From Podarcis pityusensis (lineage: Eukaryota): DNA of 64,000 bases. How positions within the stretch are numbered: position 1 is the first letter of the stretch; each line of letters starts with the position of its first letter. Both the position numbers and the translations under genes were made by a program. This document shows positions 63,470 to 64,000 of the stretch, one piece after another. Location of the stretch: assembly GCA_964106645.2 (NCBI GenBank), contig OZ067054.1. The stretch is one strand, 5' to 3'. The notes below the pieces were generated by a model, which saw nothing but the letters and a program-made list of their open reading frames with translations, did no database searches and had not been told where the DNA came from.

Positions 63470-63633
<164 letters not shown>

Positions 63634-64000
63634 GTAGGGGGGCCAGTTTCACAGGGGTTGTATGTGGCTGTAGCCCAAATGTAGCTTGCAATGTGTGGGG
63701 GAGGTTGGGCGGGTTGATGGACGTGGTTCTGCTAAAGGGATGGATGGGATGAGGGTCAGGGCCAGACACCTACACGTCTGCTGAGACCCTTCTGCTCCAA
63801 CATGCATTGCACCCAGTACCAAAGTCTCCCCTGTAAATAGAGCAAAAGCACAAATGAGAAGGAAAGGCAGCTAGCACGTGGGTCTTCTCAGCTTTCGTTT
63901 GAATGGTGGGGATAACACAGAGTTTAGTAGGTAGAATACAAAATGAAATCGAACACCAGGACTCCAGGGTTCTGTTGGTAGGTATGTCATCAAGCCCCTT

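Noticed and set aside
63634-64000. NFIX terminal exon 11 (SWFL*)
   Set aside because: No matching acceptor plus TCCTGGTTCCT-like sequence is present; the exon must lie beyond the window.

Overview
Vertebrate (squamate, most likely lacertid lizard) genomic DNA lying entirely inside the NFIX (nuclear factor I/X) gene on the + strand. Bases 1-41913 are the distal part of the large intron 2; the DNA-binding exon 2 lies upstream of the window. Coding exons 3-10 follow at 41914-63633 (938 nt, all GT-AG, phases compatible), and the last exon (SWFL*) lies beyond the window. The introns contain four Sauria SINEs (one carrying a nested TA-flanked MITE), several Tc1/mariner-pogo-type and hAT-type MITEs, L2, CR1 and L1 LINE remnants, MIR/Squam-like SINEs, Penelope-type repeats with decayed hammerhead ribozyme cores, microsatellites and a 200-N assembly gap. 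Most ORFs in the supplied track are spurious. The most interesting observations are: (1) exon 10 is coding in two frames, and the exon-9-skipped frame looks more conserved and is placed to escape NMD; (2) several intronic motif clusters look like enhancers or internal promoters (E-box/SIX cluster, TAL1-GATA composite, paired NFI sites, E2F/Sp/YY1 region, CTCF site); (3) nested and inverted repeats. I found no convincing new multi-gene system. Comparisons with human NFIX and repeat families are from memory, not from a database search.
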